Shown: positions 1 to 9,660 of the stretch, in pieces
How the letters are laid out: each line of letters begins with the position of its first letter
How positions within the stretch are numbered: the first letter of the stretch is position 1
Assembly (NCBI GenBank): GCA_038897215.1
Contig: JAWAWX010000001.1
Location: forward strand, 992,001 to 1,056,000
Direction of reading: 5' to 3'
DNA from: Acidilobaceae archaeon
Lineage (GTDB): Archaea; Thermoproteota; Thermoprotei_A; Sulfolobales; Acidilobaceae
Length of the DNA stretch: 64,000 nucleotides
Program-made: the position numbers and the translations under genes
The notes under the pieces: generated by a model
What the model was told of the DNA's origin: nothing
What the model saw: only the letters and a program-made list of their open reading frames with translations
Database searches by the model: none

Positions 1-161
1 GATGCAGAGAGCTGAGAGCAACCTTTCACTCTAAAGAGGAGAGCCGGTCCTAGACCCTGGTTTCTTAGAATCAGTCGAGTAGGCTCGTATTCTCGAGCTA
101 GCTCTCTCTCTGCTTCAACAAAATCGATCCTGTAGAGGTACTCGGAGACGCCGCCCTTCAT
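1..161 (-). CDS. 5' part of a gene running off the window edge; possibly UbiD-family decarboxylase
   Basis: ATG at 161-159 overlaps the tmcA stop (ATGA). The frame is open to the edge: MKGGVSEYLYRIDFVEAERELAREYEPTRLILRNQGLGPALLFRVKG, resembling UbiD N-termini (E-L-x-x-E-Y-E...GPALLF). Confidence 0.45.
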   Translation of the reverse strand, partial: MKGGVSEYLYRIDFVEAERELAREYEPTRLILRNQGLGPALLFRVKGCSQLSA

Positions 162-2656
162 GAAGCAAGCTCACCCACATCGTCTAGCACTAGCCCAGTG
201 ACTGTATCCTCGCTCAAGCCGAAATAATGCTTCGCCATGCTCGTAACCGCTTGTTTGAGCATCGCCGCCAGCCTGCCGGTCTTCTTGCCGAAAATCTCTT
301 CAACCTCCTCCCAGGGCCTTCCCTGAAGTGCTTTAGCTATCAGTAGCCTCTCTTCCACCTCCGAGAGCTGCGGTCTCGAGCTTTTTGGCTGAAGCCAGTA
401 GAATCTAGCTAGCTCTAGGATCACGTCGTTTATCGCCTCGTAGGTCATAGGGCCGTAGCAGTAAACCCAGAGTCTATCGATCTGCACTCTGCTTAGAGGA
501 GGAGAGCTTCTGAATTCTACTCCTCTCGCCTCCTGGCTGAGGAGAAGACGCGCTACCTCTATCTCTAAGTCTTTGTAGGTGTCGTAGAGACTCAGTAAGA
601 GCTTCCTGGTAAACTCTCTCAAGGCTACTCGGAGAAACCTCTCAGCTTCTGGATGTAGAGGCTTCAGCACTAGCGCTGTGTACTCTCCACTCACCGGGTT
701 CCTATCGGGGCTTAGGTGGACGACTTTGAAGCCGTTCTTGATCCAGAATCTCAGAAGCTTCTCGTTGATCCCGAAGCCTGAGCCGAGGAAGTCTAACCCT
801 TCCTCTCTAGCCTCCTCCTCTAAGCTCTTTAGAGCGAATGAGCCTATCCCCCTGCCTTGAAGAGATGGGTGGACAGCTATTCTGACTATCCTCCAGTATC
901 TAGCGCGCCCAAGCTCTCTAAGCCGGTGGTGTTTGAGGAGCCTATCTGGAATTATGTTGCCAGGAGTCTTCTCTCCTCTCAGCAATCTCTCAATCACGTC
1001 CTCGCTCAAACCCCCCTCTACTGCGACCTGAATCGCTGCCACTATCTTCCCGGACCCGGCTATTCTCACAGCTCTGATGAAGTGATGGGGGGCATCTGCG
1101 AGAAGCCCTAGGTCGTCTGGCTCGTTTCTGTAATGAGCTAGAACGTAGATGCCGAAGAGTTCTCTCAAAGTCCTCTCTCCCTCTTTGGAGAAGAGAGATG
1201 ATGGGTCTAGCTTCACGTACTCAAGCTCGCCTCTAGTCACTTTCTCTAAGTCCTCTCGGTCTATATCAGCAGGCTCGGCGTCGAGTAGAAGGACGTCGAA
1301 TAGCCACTTCTCCACAGGGTCTCCTCTCGCGTACCTTATGGGCTCCTCCATGTGCAAGACTTTGAGCATAGTGTTTGCGTCATTTCTGATCTCTGAGAGG
1401 AATCTGACGTTGAACCCTCTTCCCGCTCCTTCATAGCCGTGTATCGTGGCTGTGAACACCATCCTCTTATGCCTTCTCCAGATCTCGTGGAGTAGAGGCA
1501 CGTGTATCCCGCTGGCTTCATCGACAGCAACGATATCTGCTCTCATCTTAGGGACCGCGAGAGGCTCCCAGTACTCTATCGTGAAGTTTTGACCCCGTAG
1601 CTCTATGATGTGACCTCCTTTCTTAACCACATCCACCTCGACTTCTAGAGTCTCAGCTGTTTTGAGAGCAAGCTCCATGAGGCTCTGCACGTTGAAAGAG
1701 TCTGGGGCCGTTACGATTATCCTAGCTCTAGGCTTCACTTTTGCTAGCAAAGTGGCTAAGCCGACGAGCCCTATGCCTACAGCGCAACTCTTACCTCTCC
1801 CTCTATCCGCTGTCACCACTATGACCTTCTTCTTGTCTCGAGGAGGCTTCTCGTAGAGCCACTCGAGAGCCTTTATGACCTCTACTTGGTCTCTTGTCAG
1901 AGCCAGCGAGTATAGCTCCTCTGGGAAGATGGTTTCATGAGGAGCAGTAATGCTCTGAACGCTAGACTCTTCTCCTTGCTCGCTCGGTTTGCCGCTGATG
2001 TGCTTCAGGTTGTCCAAGTCGTAGACGAATATGTTGTTCTCGTGCTCTAACAGCTTACGCTTAAACCAGGTGATGAATATGAATCTCGGCTCGTCGAAAC
2101 CAGGTACTAGAAGATTCCTCCTGAATATCGTCATGTGCTTATCCCAGGAAGCCCAGGGGGGTGTCATGGCTAGAATGAGACCGCCTCCCTCCACTACTCC
2201 TATTAAGCGACCTACATCGTTAGGCTTGAGGTCATTCGATAGGTCTAAGACTAGTGCTTGAAACGTTGTTCCGAGAAACTTCTCGCTCTCCTCGTAGACC
2301 GCGAACGTGGGCTCCACGATTTTGCTCTTTTCTTTCAAGACTCTCCTAACTATCTCCTTCCTTATTCTAGCATCCTCGAATTCGTCGTGATAAACGTAGA
2401 GTAGCTTGAGCTTCCTCTCCGAGCCTCTCAGCTTCCTGTAGAGGGTCTCGTAGCTGAGCAGAGTCTTAGCTACGCTAGCCCCCGCTTTTACGGGGTCCGA
2501 AGAGGCTAGGAAGAGCGCTACTCTAAACCTCCACTTGATAGACCTCCTGGCCGCCTCTAAGACGCTCTTCCTATAGAATCTGATGAATTTAGGCGGGACT
2601 AGAGACTTCAGGTCTCTTACAGCTCTCTCTACTAGCTCGACTACATCCGAGCCCAA
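158..2656 (-). CDS. tmcA: tRNA(Met)/RNA cytidine acetyltransferase TmcA/Nat10
   Basis: 832 aa; helicase Walker A ADRGRGKS, DEA, TIHGYEGAGRGF, EPIRYA, HYRNEPDDL; GNAT motif RIAVHPSLQGRGIGS. Confidence 0.95.
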   Translation of the reverse strand: MGSDVVELVERAVRDLKSLVPPKFIRFYRKSVLEAARRSIKWRFRVALFLASSDPVKAGASVAKTLLSYETLYRKLRGSERKLKLLYVYHDEFEDARIRKEIVRRVLKEKSKIVEPTFAVYEESEKFLGTTFQALVLDLSNDLKPNDVGRLIGVVEGGGLILAMTPPWASWDKHMTIFRRNLLVPGFDEPRFIFITWFKRKLLEHENNIFVYDLDNLKHISGKPSEQGEESSVQSITAPHETIFPEELYSLALTRDQVEVIKALEWLYEKPPRDKKKVIVVTADRGRGKSCAVGIGLVGLATLLAKVKPRARIIVTAPDSFNVQSLMELALKTAETLEVEVDVVKKGGHIIELRGQNFTIEYWEPLAVPKMRADIVAVDEASGIHVPLLHEIWRRHKRMVFTATIHGYEGAGRGFNVRFLSEIRNDANTMLKVLHMEEPIRYARGDPVEKWLFDVLLLDAEPADIDREDLEKVTRGELEYVKLDPSSLFSKEGERTLRELFGIYVLAHYRNEPDDLGLLADAPHHFIRAVRIAGSGKIVAAIQVAVEGGLSEDVIERLLRGEKTPGNIIPDRLLKHHRLRELGRARYWRIVRIAVHPSLQGRGIGSFALKSLEEEAREEGLDFLGSGFGINEKLLRFWIKNGFKVVHLSPDRNPVSGEYTALVLKPLHPEAERFLRVALREFTRKLLLSLYDTYKDLEIEVARLLLSQEARGVEFRSSPPLSRVQIDRLWVYCYGPMTYEAINDVILELARFYWLQPKSSRPQLSEVEERLLIAKALQGRPWEEVEEIFGKKTGRLAAMLKQAVTSMAKHYFGLSEDTVTGLVLDDVGELAS

Positions 2657-2720
2657 GCTCTTCCTCCTACAATAACGATTTCTCTAAGAGAGCGGGAATA
2701 ATAAACCTGAAGCTCGAAGC

Positions 2721-2726
2721 TATAAG
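2721..2726 (+). promoter_or_regulatory. putative TATA box of trmI (divergent tmcA/trmI promoter region)
   Basis: TATAAG about 30 nt upstream of the trmI GTG. Confidence 0.45.
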
Positions 2727-2754
2727 TCTATGGTGACGCGAGATAGGAGAAGTC

Positions 2755-3528
2755 GTGCAGAGAGGAGACCCCATAGTGTTCTTCGTCGTTTCAGCTAGGT
2801 TCTCTAAGCCCTACTATTTCAGAGTCTACGAGGATAGAACGTATGCTACTCCTCTAGGCGTGGTCAGAGGTAGCGATATAGTGGGGTTGAGGTATGGTTC
2901 GCGAGTAGAGCTCGTGGACGGGCACGCCTTCATATTGAAACCCACGCTTAGAGAACTCCTAGACCACTTCATGGAGAGAAGCACGCAAGTAGTCTACCCT
3001 AAGGACTCGGGGCTCATGTCGTTCGAGGCGGGCCTTAAGCCCGGCATGAGAGTCCTAGAGGGTGGTGTTGGGAGCGGTTTTCTCACAATAGAAATAGCTA
3101 GGATCGTCTGCCCCGGGGGGAGAGTCTACGCTTATGACTTGAAGCCTGAGAATATAGCTGTAGCCTCGAGAAACCTGGAGCTAGCCGGCTTGCTCGAGTG
3201 TGTTGAAATGAGGCACGGGGATGTGCGTAAGACTCTCGACCTATCGGACCTAGACGCCGCTTTCCTAGATATACCAGACCCTTGGGAGGCTCTAGACTCT
3301 CTCTGGAGTGCTCTAAAGCTCTCCGCTCCTCTCGTCGCCTTCGTTCCAACAATGAATCAGCTGGTCAAGCTTGCTGAAATAGCATACGAGACTCCCGGCT
3401 GGATTCTTCAAAGCGTTAGAGAGACCTCGGAAAGGCTAATCGAGGTCTCTAGGGAGTCTATTAGACCCTCTTCACTCACTCCATTCACAGGGTACATTGT
3501 GCTCTTGAGGAAGGTAGAGAAGAGCTAG
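2755..3528 (+). CDS. trmI: tRNA (adenine57/58-N1)-methyltransferase TrmI
   Basis: TQVVYPKD, LEGGVGSGFLT SAM motif, FLDIPDPW, FVPTMNQ. Confidence 0.93.
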   Translation: MQRGDPIVFFVVSARFSKPYYFRVYEDRTYATPLGVVRGSDIVGLRYGSRVELVDGHAFILKPTLRELLDHFMERSTQVVYPKDSGLMSFEAGLKPGMRVLEGGVGSGFLTIEIARIVCPGGRVYAYDLKPENIAVASRNLELAGLLECVEMRHGDVRKTLDLSDLDAAFLDIPDPWEALDSLWSALKLSAPLVAFVPTMNQLVKLAEIAYETPGWILQSVRETSERLIEVSRESIRPSSLTPFTGYIVLLRKVEKS

Positions 3529-4496
3529 TAGACGGGAGTAAGCCACTTAGCGTATCTCTCGTCGAGCCCCCTCACGACCTTAAGGTACGCTTCTCTAATC
3601 ATAGAGGTTACAGGGCCCGGTTTACCATCACCCACAGGCTTCCCGTCGACTTCAAGTACTGGAGTGACCTCAGCCGCTGTCCCCACTAGGAATATCTCGT
3701 CGGCTACGTAGAGCTCCTCTCTCGGAATGTTTCTCTCTAGAGTCTCAACTCCTAGGCCTCTAGCTATCTCGATAACCGTGTCTCTCGTTATACCCTCTAG
3801 TATCGATGCTGAGAGAGGAGGGGTTACGATCTTCCCTCTCCTGACTATCATAACATTAGCGCCCGTAGCTTCAGACACGTTGCCTCTCCAATCTAGCAGT
3901 ATGGCGTCATCGTAGCCTTCCCGCTTAGCTTCCAGGAGTGCTATTATCGAATTCAGGTAAATGCCTGTGGCTTTAGCCATAACGGGTATGCTGAACCCAG
4001 GGACTCTACGCCAGCTCGACGTCTTGACTCTAATCCCTTCTGGTTTATGATACTTCCCAAAGGGGGTTATTGTTATCGCTACAGAGACTTTGACTCCCAG
4101 AGGGCTGAGCCCTATTCTAGGCTCGGAGGTGAAGGCTATGGGTCTTACGTAGATGTCCTCTTTGAACTCGTTCGCTCTAATCGTCTCGAGAACCGCTTCT
4201 TCTAGCTCTCTGAGAGAGAAGCTCAGATTTAGCCCGATGATCTTAGCTGAGTTCAAGAATCTAACCATGTGGTCTCGTAGTCTGAACACGTAGAGGTTGC
4301 TCTCGCTCCAGTAAGCTCTTATGCCCTCGAAGACCCCGTAGCCGTAGTGTAAGCCGTGTGCTTGAACGTGAACTACTGCTTTCTCGCAGGAGACGAGAGC
4401 TCCATCGAGCCAGACGTATCTGACTTTCTCACAGAAGCTCAACTCAAGAACCTTGAGGGACTTCTGGAAATCGAGGCTTAAAAGCGTCGAGGTCAA
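3525..4496 (-). CDS. ilvE: branched-chain amino acid aminotransferase (true start probably somewhat downstream of the ORF start)
   Basis: HGLHYGYGVFEGIRAY, AKATGIYLNS, ILEGITR, DEIFLVGTAAEVTPV (class IV PLP enzyme). Confidence 0.93.
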   Translation of the reverse strand: MTSTLLSLDFQKSLKVLELSFCEKVRYVWLDGALVSCEKAVVHVQAHGLHYGYGVFEGIRAYWSESNLYVFRLRDHMVRFLNSAKIIGLNLSFSLRELEEAVLETIRANEFKEDIYVRPIAFTSEPRIGLSPLGVKVSVAITITPFGKYHKPEGIRVKTSSWRRVPGFSIPVMAKATGIYLNSIIALLEAKREGYDDAILLDWRGNVSEATGANVMIVRRGKIVTPPLSASILEGITRDTVIEIARGLGVETLERNIPREELYVADEIFLVGTAAEVTPVLEVDGKPVGDGKPGPVTSMIREAYLKVVRGLDERYAKWLTPVY

Positions 4497-4589
4497 AAAT
4501 AGCCGCGTGAGTTCACTAGCTAGAGTCTTGAACGTCTTAGACCGCTACGAGAGCCGCCTTCCTTCACCTCGATTGTGATACGTAAGTCA

Positions 4590-4642
4590 AATAATGATGA
4601 TAGCCAGGAGCCTGGCTCAGAGCTCACTGGTTTGCTGAACAG
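4590..4642 (+). ncRNA. candidate C/D-box-like sRNA
   Basis: Intergenic. Perfect C box ATGATGA at 4594-4600 and D box CTGA at 4635-4638; internal C'/D' boxes are poor. Confidence 0.35.
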
Positions 4643-4686
4643 TGGCTGGGGAAAGCTGGATTTAATCTCTAGCTCCTTAATAGAGA

Positions 4687-6297
4687 TTGCTGTCAACGCT
4701 AGAGAAGGTTAAGGGGGGAGGATTGAGCGTAGAGTTCGAGCTAATGGTGCTAGGAGCGTCTCTCGGTCTAGCAGCTCTAGCGGGCTATGCTACTGAGAGA
4801 CTTAGACTAGGTCCTTTCATTGGAGCGATATTGGTCGGTATGGCTATGAGGTTACTGTCTTCGTTCATTGGGGTAGACTTAGAGAGTGAAGCGTGGCTTC
4901 TTCTCTTGCTCGCCGCAATGCTCATAGTGTTCGAGAGCGGAAGGGAGGTTGGCGAAGCCGGTTTCGATGGCCGTCTCATTTATGCTGTTTTGATAGAAGT
5001 AGCGTCGATATTCGGTCTAACCCTCTTGGTGACAGCTCCTCTTAAGCTAGAGTTCTGGGAGAGAGTAGCTCTCGCTATCGTCCTACTGTCCTCTAGCACG
5101 ACTACGATATACCTTTTCGTTAAGAATCTCAGACTAGCTGAGGCTAAGAGTATAGTTCTCAGCTGGACGGTCTTGGAGGATATAGCTCTCATACTAGCTC
5201 TCAGCATGGCTCTAGGCTACCCTGAAGCCAACCCGCTCGTTTTGTTGATCGCGAGCACTGTTCTAGCCCTCTTCGCTAGCATAACCATCAACACTCTCTT
5301 CAGCATCGTCCCGCCTAGAGGACCCTACGGGATAGCTCTTCTAGTCTCTCTAGTGATATCATACGGTATGATAGCCGGCTACTTCGCCTCGCCATACCTG
5401 GGGGTATTCATAGTAGGCTATATCTTCGCTAAACGCGCTAGAGGAGAGAGCTTAGAGCAGTTCTCCGACTTAGCGGTGATAGTCTATGGAGTCTCAGTGG
5501 GGTTGATTACTCCTCTCGAGTCTCTCCTAGCTAGCCCGGAGACTCTACTATTCATAGCCATAGCCACAGTGCTGGCTCTCGTAGTTAGAGCTGCCGCTGT
5601 ATTCCTGGCTTCGTTAATGCTGCTAAGGAGCACCTTCTACTCGACGATTCTAGCTCTCAGCATGCAGAATATCAGCGAGCTAGCGCCCCTAGTCGCTCTA
5701 ACTCTCGAGGAGGCTGGTCTCATAAAGCCTGAGCTCGCCTCCGTGATGGTTCTGCTTCCAGTGTTGACGATAGCTTTTTCAAACATCACGGCAAACTATT
5801 GGACTACAGTAGCGAGTATCGTCAATAAGTATCTGGCTGTCAACATAGGGCTCTGGATACCTCAAGGCTTCTACGAGGCTGGAGTAAAGCTTCTTGTGAC
5901 TGCTAGCAAGATAACCATGGTCTTCATAGGCATATTCATCACTCACCTAGCTATCGATAGATTCGAGGTCAGTCACTTAGCGATCATCCCGGCTATAGTG
6001 CTAGGAGGGATTTTGGTAGCTAGGTTTCTCAAAGAGCTCAGCTGGGAGCTAAGATATGTGCACGGGCTCCCTGCCGTGATAGCAGAAGCTCTCACAGCCA
6101 TAGCAGCGGGGTCTCTCGCTATCTACGTGACAGTAGAGATACTCTCGAAGTATGTGGAGGTGGAGTTCTCAACATTTCTAGCCCTTCTAGCAGTACTGCT
6201 CGTAGTCGGTATGATAGTAGAGGTTGCTTTAGCTACAAGAAGAGTGCTGACTGCGAGGAAGTCTGTGAAGCCAATAGTAACAGATACTCACCGCTAA
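4687..6297 (+). CDS. cation:proton antiporter (CPA2/Kef-like) membrane protein
   Basis: Many hydrophobic helices; FESGRE, LSSSTT, TVLEDI and ISELA motifs typical of CPA2. Confidence 0.75.
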   Translation: MLSTLEKVKGGGLSVEFELMVLGASLGLAALAGYATERLRLGPFIGAILVGMAMRLLSSFIGVDLESEAWLLLLLAAMLIVFESGREVGEAGFDGRLIYAVLIEVASIFGLTLLVTAPLKLEFWERVALAIVLLSSSTTTIYLFVKNLRLAEAKSIVLSWTVLEDIALILALSMALGYPEANPLVLLIASTVLALFASITINTLFSIVPPRGPYGIALLVSLVISYGMIAGYFASPYLGVFIVGYIFAKRARGESLEQFSDLAVIVYGVSVGLITPLESLLASPETLLFIAIATVLALVVRAAAVFLASLMLLRSTFYSTILALSMQNISELAPLVALTLEEAGLIKPELASVMVLLPVLTIAFSNITANYWTTVASIVNKYLAVNIGLWIPQGFYEAGVKLLVTASKITMVFIGIFITHLAIDRFEVSHLAIIPAIVLGGILVARFLKELSWELRYVHGLPAVIAEALTAIAAGSLAIYVTVEILSKYVEVEFSTFLALLAVLLVVGMIVEVALATRRVLTARKSVKPIVTDTHR

Positions 6298-6320
6298 GTG
6301 AGAAGTACTCAACTAGGTTT

Positions 6321-6398
6321 TGGTGCCGCGGCCGGGATTTGAACCCGGGTCACGGGCTCGAGAGGCCCGCATACTGGGCCTGGCTATACTACCGCGGC
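6321..6398 (-). tRNA. tRNA-Glu(CTC)
   Basis: Reverse complement GCCGCGG...CGGGC-CT-CTC-GA-GCCCG...GGTTCAAATCC...CCGCGGCACCA; cloverleaf, CCA encoded. Confidence 0.97.
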
Positions 6399-6439
6399 TC
6401 GAAGTATCTCCTAAGAACCGCTTTAACTTATACCGGGCT

Positions 6440-6952
6440 TTAAAGCGTTTCTACGAGTCTCTCTTGAGGTCTCCTATCTGGCTCCAAGACTTCGACCTGC
6501 TGTACCATAACATCTCTCAACCTCGATGATAGGTAGGCGTTTGCTATCTCGTAGGCTAGGATTAGTTGCGTGAAGTCTAGGTTAATCGAGCTTCCTCGAG
6601 CACCTCTCTCAATCACCACGAAGGGGAGCACTATTGGGTTCGAGTAGTATGCTAGAATTGCTCCCAGATGAGAGCACATCATGAAGAGTGCTAGTAGCAG
6701 TCTAGCTGCTAAGAGCCTGGGGTATGCTACGATAACCACAATGTACGCTACCAGAGTTGAGAGTAGGAGGAGCGACGCTCCCTCAGCCCTATAAGCTAGT
6801 CCAATGAGAAAGCCTACGAGAACCCCCACCATCCCAACTAAGATAGTAGCAGTCAGCAAACTAACTCCCGGCAGGCTCCTAGATTCTTCCTCGAGCAAGC
6901 AGAGCTCCCACCAACACTCTTCGCTTAAAGCTTTAAGTCTGCTAGCTCCCAC
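6440..6952 (-). CDS. hypothetical membrane protein
   Basis: 170 aa with about 3 TM helices; fills the gap between tRNA-Glu and valS. Confidence 0.6.
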   Translation of the reverse strand: MGASRLKALSEECWWELCLLEEESRSLPGVSLLTATILVGMVGVLVGFLIGLAYRAEGASLLLLSTLVAYIVVIVAYPRLLAARLLLALFMMCSHLGAILAYYSNPIVLPFVVIERGARGSSINLDFTQLILAYEIANAYLSSRLRDVMVQQVEVLEPDRRPQERLVETL

Positions 6953-7140
6953 AATCCTCGCTAGCCTACACTAGAGCTTGGGGTCGTAGACACCGCTGGG
7001 TTCATGTGCTGGATTAAACTACATGGTTAGCGCGGAGCGTCCGAGCTATTTTGTGGATTGTTAGTTGGGAGTTCAGAGAAGCCATAACGACTCGCTCTAG
7101 AGTCAACTCAGAGAGATTTAGGACGAGAAATAGTCTCCTT

Positions 7141-7155
7141 GAAAAGCATTTAAGT
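7141..7155 (+). promoter_or_regulatory. putative BRE/TATA promoter of valS
   Basis: GAAAAGCATTTAAGT about 35-50 nt upstream of the start. Confidence 0.5.
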
Positions 7156-7189
7156 CCATATTGGTACAGCTCGGCTTCGGGGTCCTCTG

Positions 7190-9649
7190 TTGAGACTAGC
7201 TCCCAGGATTGCTGAAACCCGCTGGGATCATAGAGTTCGCGAAGCTAGGCTTCTAGAACTCTGGGAGAAGGAGGGTCTCTACGAGACTGAGATAGAGCAC
7301 GGCAGAGAGTTCTTCGTGATCGACACTCCGCCACCCTACGCTAGCGGGAAGTGGCACGTGGGGGGAGCTGCTCACTATGCTCAAATAGACATGATAGCTA
7401 GATACTTCAAGCTCAAGGGATACAATGTGGTTGTGCCGTTCTACGCTGATAGAAACGGTCTCCCCGTCGAGGTTCAAGTAGAGAAGACCTACAAGGTTGT
7501 AGCTAAAGAGATGGCTAAAACCGTGGAGGGTAGGAGAGAGTTCCTGAGGCTATGTAAGGAGTTCCTCGACAAAGCCGAGGAAGAGATTGTTAGAGTATGG
7601 AGGGTCATGGGGTGCTCTTTCGACTACTGGAGAGAAGGCACTGATAGCCCGGAGTACAGGAGGCTTACTCAACAAACGTTCATAGAGCTATACAAGAGAG
7701 GCCTCATATACGAAGCTGAGAGGCCTGTGAGATGGTGTCCTAGATGCGGGACTACTCTAGCTGAAGCTGAGGTTGAGTACGAGGAGGAGCAGGGGCTCCT
7801 ATACTACATCAGGTTCCCACTAGAAAGGGGAGGAGACGTCGTGGTAGCTACTACGAGACCAGAGCTACTACCTGCTTGCGCCGCTCTAGCCTACAACCCG
7901 AGAGACGAGAGATACCGCGGTCTAGCTGGGATAAGAGCTGTAGCCCCGATATTCGGGCACTTCATGGATATACTCGAGCATGACAGCGTAGACCCTGATT
8001 TCGGCACAGGAATCATGATGATATGTAGCTATGGTGATGAGCACGACGTGAGACTCTTCTCGGAGCTCTCTCTCAAACCCAAGGTGATCCTAGACGAGCA
8101 CGGCAGGATTACGGAAGCCGGAGGCCCCCTAGCTGGGCTCACAGTACAAGAGGCTAGAGTGAGAGTCGCTGAGCTCTTGAAGGAACACGGCTACCTAGTC
8201 AAGATAGAGACTGTTAAACACAACGTGCCTAAGTGCTGGAGGTGTAAGACGCCCCTGCAGATAATACATAGAAGAGAGTTCTTCCTAGAACAGCTCAAGT
8301 TCAAAGAGGAGGTTAGGAGGCTCGCTGATATGATGGAGTTCAAGCCGCTTATGCACAAAGCTAGACTACACGATTGGATCGATAGCATAACCATGGACTG
8401 GCCTATCTCTAGAGATAGGTACTACGGGACGGAGATACCAGTCTGGTACTGCAGTAAGTGTGGAGCTAAGCTACTACCGAGCTCCGAGGGGTATTACAAG
8501 CCCTGGGAGGAAAACCCCTGGGAGTCCTGCCCTCATTGTGGCGCATCAAAAGAGAGTATCGTTGGAGAGACTAGAGTCTTCGATACCTGGTTCGATTCGA
8601 GCATAAGCCCTCTCTACGTCTTAGAAAGAGTCAAGAGCAAGATAAAGAGCGAGGAGGACTTAGCTAAAGCAGAGAGTAACGTTATGAGACCGCAGGGACA
8701 CGATATTGTGAGAACGTGGCTCTACTACACGATACTGAGAGTGTACCAGCTGAAGAAGAGACCTGCATTCAGATGGGTTAGGATAACAGGGATGGGTCTA
8801 GACCCTAGAGGGAGGCCTATGCACAAGTCTCTCGGAAACGTCATAGACCCAGAGCCCGTCATACAAGAGTATGGAGCAGACGCTTTCAGATTCTGGGCCG
8901 CTACAGCGGCCAGGCTGGGCTACGACTACAGGTTCGATGAGGGGAAGCTGAGAACAGGAAGGCTCTTTGTGACCAAGCTGTGGAACATAGCTAGATTCCT
9001 CTCAGCCTTCCCGCATGAGGAGTCGTGCGAGCGGCTTGTTTCAACCGATAGAGCTTTCCTAGCTCTCGCTGAAGAGTATCTCGAAGCCGTGGATAGAGCT
9101 TACAGCGAGCTCGACGTATACGAGCCAGGCAACCTTCTCTACGAGTTCCTCTGGAGAGTGTTCGCTGACCACTACATCGAGCTAGTGAAGGAGAGAGCGT
9201 ACAATAGCGACGGCAGGTACGGCAGAGAGGAGCAGGTGTCAGCGTGGGCTACCCTGCATAGAATCTTCAGCTCTATGCTGATAGCGCTCTCCCCCATAAT
9301 GCCATTCATAACGGATGATATATTCAGAGAGCTCTACGGTAGAAGCGTGCATAGAGAGAGGTTCCCCAAGCTCACTCTAGATGAAGCATCTAGGAGAAAG
9401 GAGGCTAGCATAGCCAGAGTGGTCGTTAAGACCAACGAGAAGATATGGGAGTACAAGACGAGAGAGGGGGTTAAGCTTTCGGAAAGCCTGCCGGGCTATA
9501 GGATAGTGATCGTGGGAGATGAGAGTCTGAGAGAGATAGCGAGAGACCTCGAAGCACTCCACAAGATCCCCGCTGTCTTAGCTAGCACAAAGCCTCAGCT
9601 TGATGAATGCGAGGAGATAGCTCCCCCTATATACCTCTGTAGAGGGTAA
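7190..9649 (+). CDS. valS: valyl-tRNA synthetase
   Basis: DTPPPYASGKWHVGG, ATTRPELL, DWPISRDRYYG, DTWFDSS, PMHKSLGNVIDP. Confidence 0.93.
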   Translation: MRLAPRIAETRWDHRVREARLLELWEKEGLYETEIEHGREFFVIDTPPPYASGKWHVGGAAHYAQIDMIARYFKLKGYNVVVPFYADRNGLPVEVQVEKTYKVVAKEMAKTVEGRREFLRLCKEFLDKAEEEIVRVWRVMGCSFDYWREGTDSPEYRRLTQQTFIELYKRGLIYEAERPVRWCPRCGTTLAEAEVEYEEEQGLLYYIRFPLERGGDVVVATTRPELLPACAALAYNPRDERYRGLAGIRAVAPIFGHFMDILEHDSVDPDFGTGIMMICSYGDEHDVRLFSELSLKPKVILDEHGRITEAGGPLAGLTVQEARVRVAELLKEHGYLVKIETVKHNVPKCWRCKTPLQIIHRREFFLEQLKFKEEVRRLADMMEFKPLMHKARLHDWIDSITMDWPISRDRYYGTEIPVWYCSKCGAKLLPSSEGYYKPWEENPWESCPHCGASKESIVGETRVFDTWFDSSISPLYVLERVKSKIKSEEDLAKAESNVMRPQGHDIVRTWLYYTILRVYQLKKRPAFRWVRITGMGLDPRGRPMHKSLGNVIDPEPVIQEYGADAFRFWAATAARLGYDYRFDEGKLRTGRLFVTKLWNIARFLSAFPHEESCERLVSTDRAFLALAEEYLEAVDRAYSELDVYEPGNLLYEFLWRVFADHYIELVKERAYNSDGRYGREEQVSAWATLHRIFSSMLIALSPIMPFITDDIFRELYGRSVHRERFPKLTLDEASRRKEASIARVVVKTNEKIWEYKTREGVKLSESLPGYRIVIVGDESLREIARDLEALHKIPAVLASTKPQLDECEEIAPPIYLCRG

Positions 9650-9660
9650 GAGCTAGAGCC

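Noticed and set aside
678-2261. Short + strand ORFs inside tmcA, and similar antisense ORFs throughout (e.g. 10122-10688, 20077-20598, 30940-31434, 36952-37560, 60064-60570)
   Set aside because: Ser/Leu/Thr-rich shadow frames opposite well-supported genes, with no recognisable motifs.
4611-4620. CCTGGCTCAG, matching the bacterial 16S 5' primer site
   Set aside because: A 10-nt chance match with no rRNA context.
6320-6529. 69-aa ORF MVPRPGFEPG (also 16419-16661 and 46003-46407)
   Set aside because: These are antisense translations of tRNA genes.
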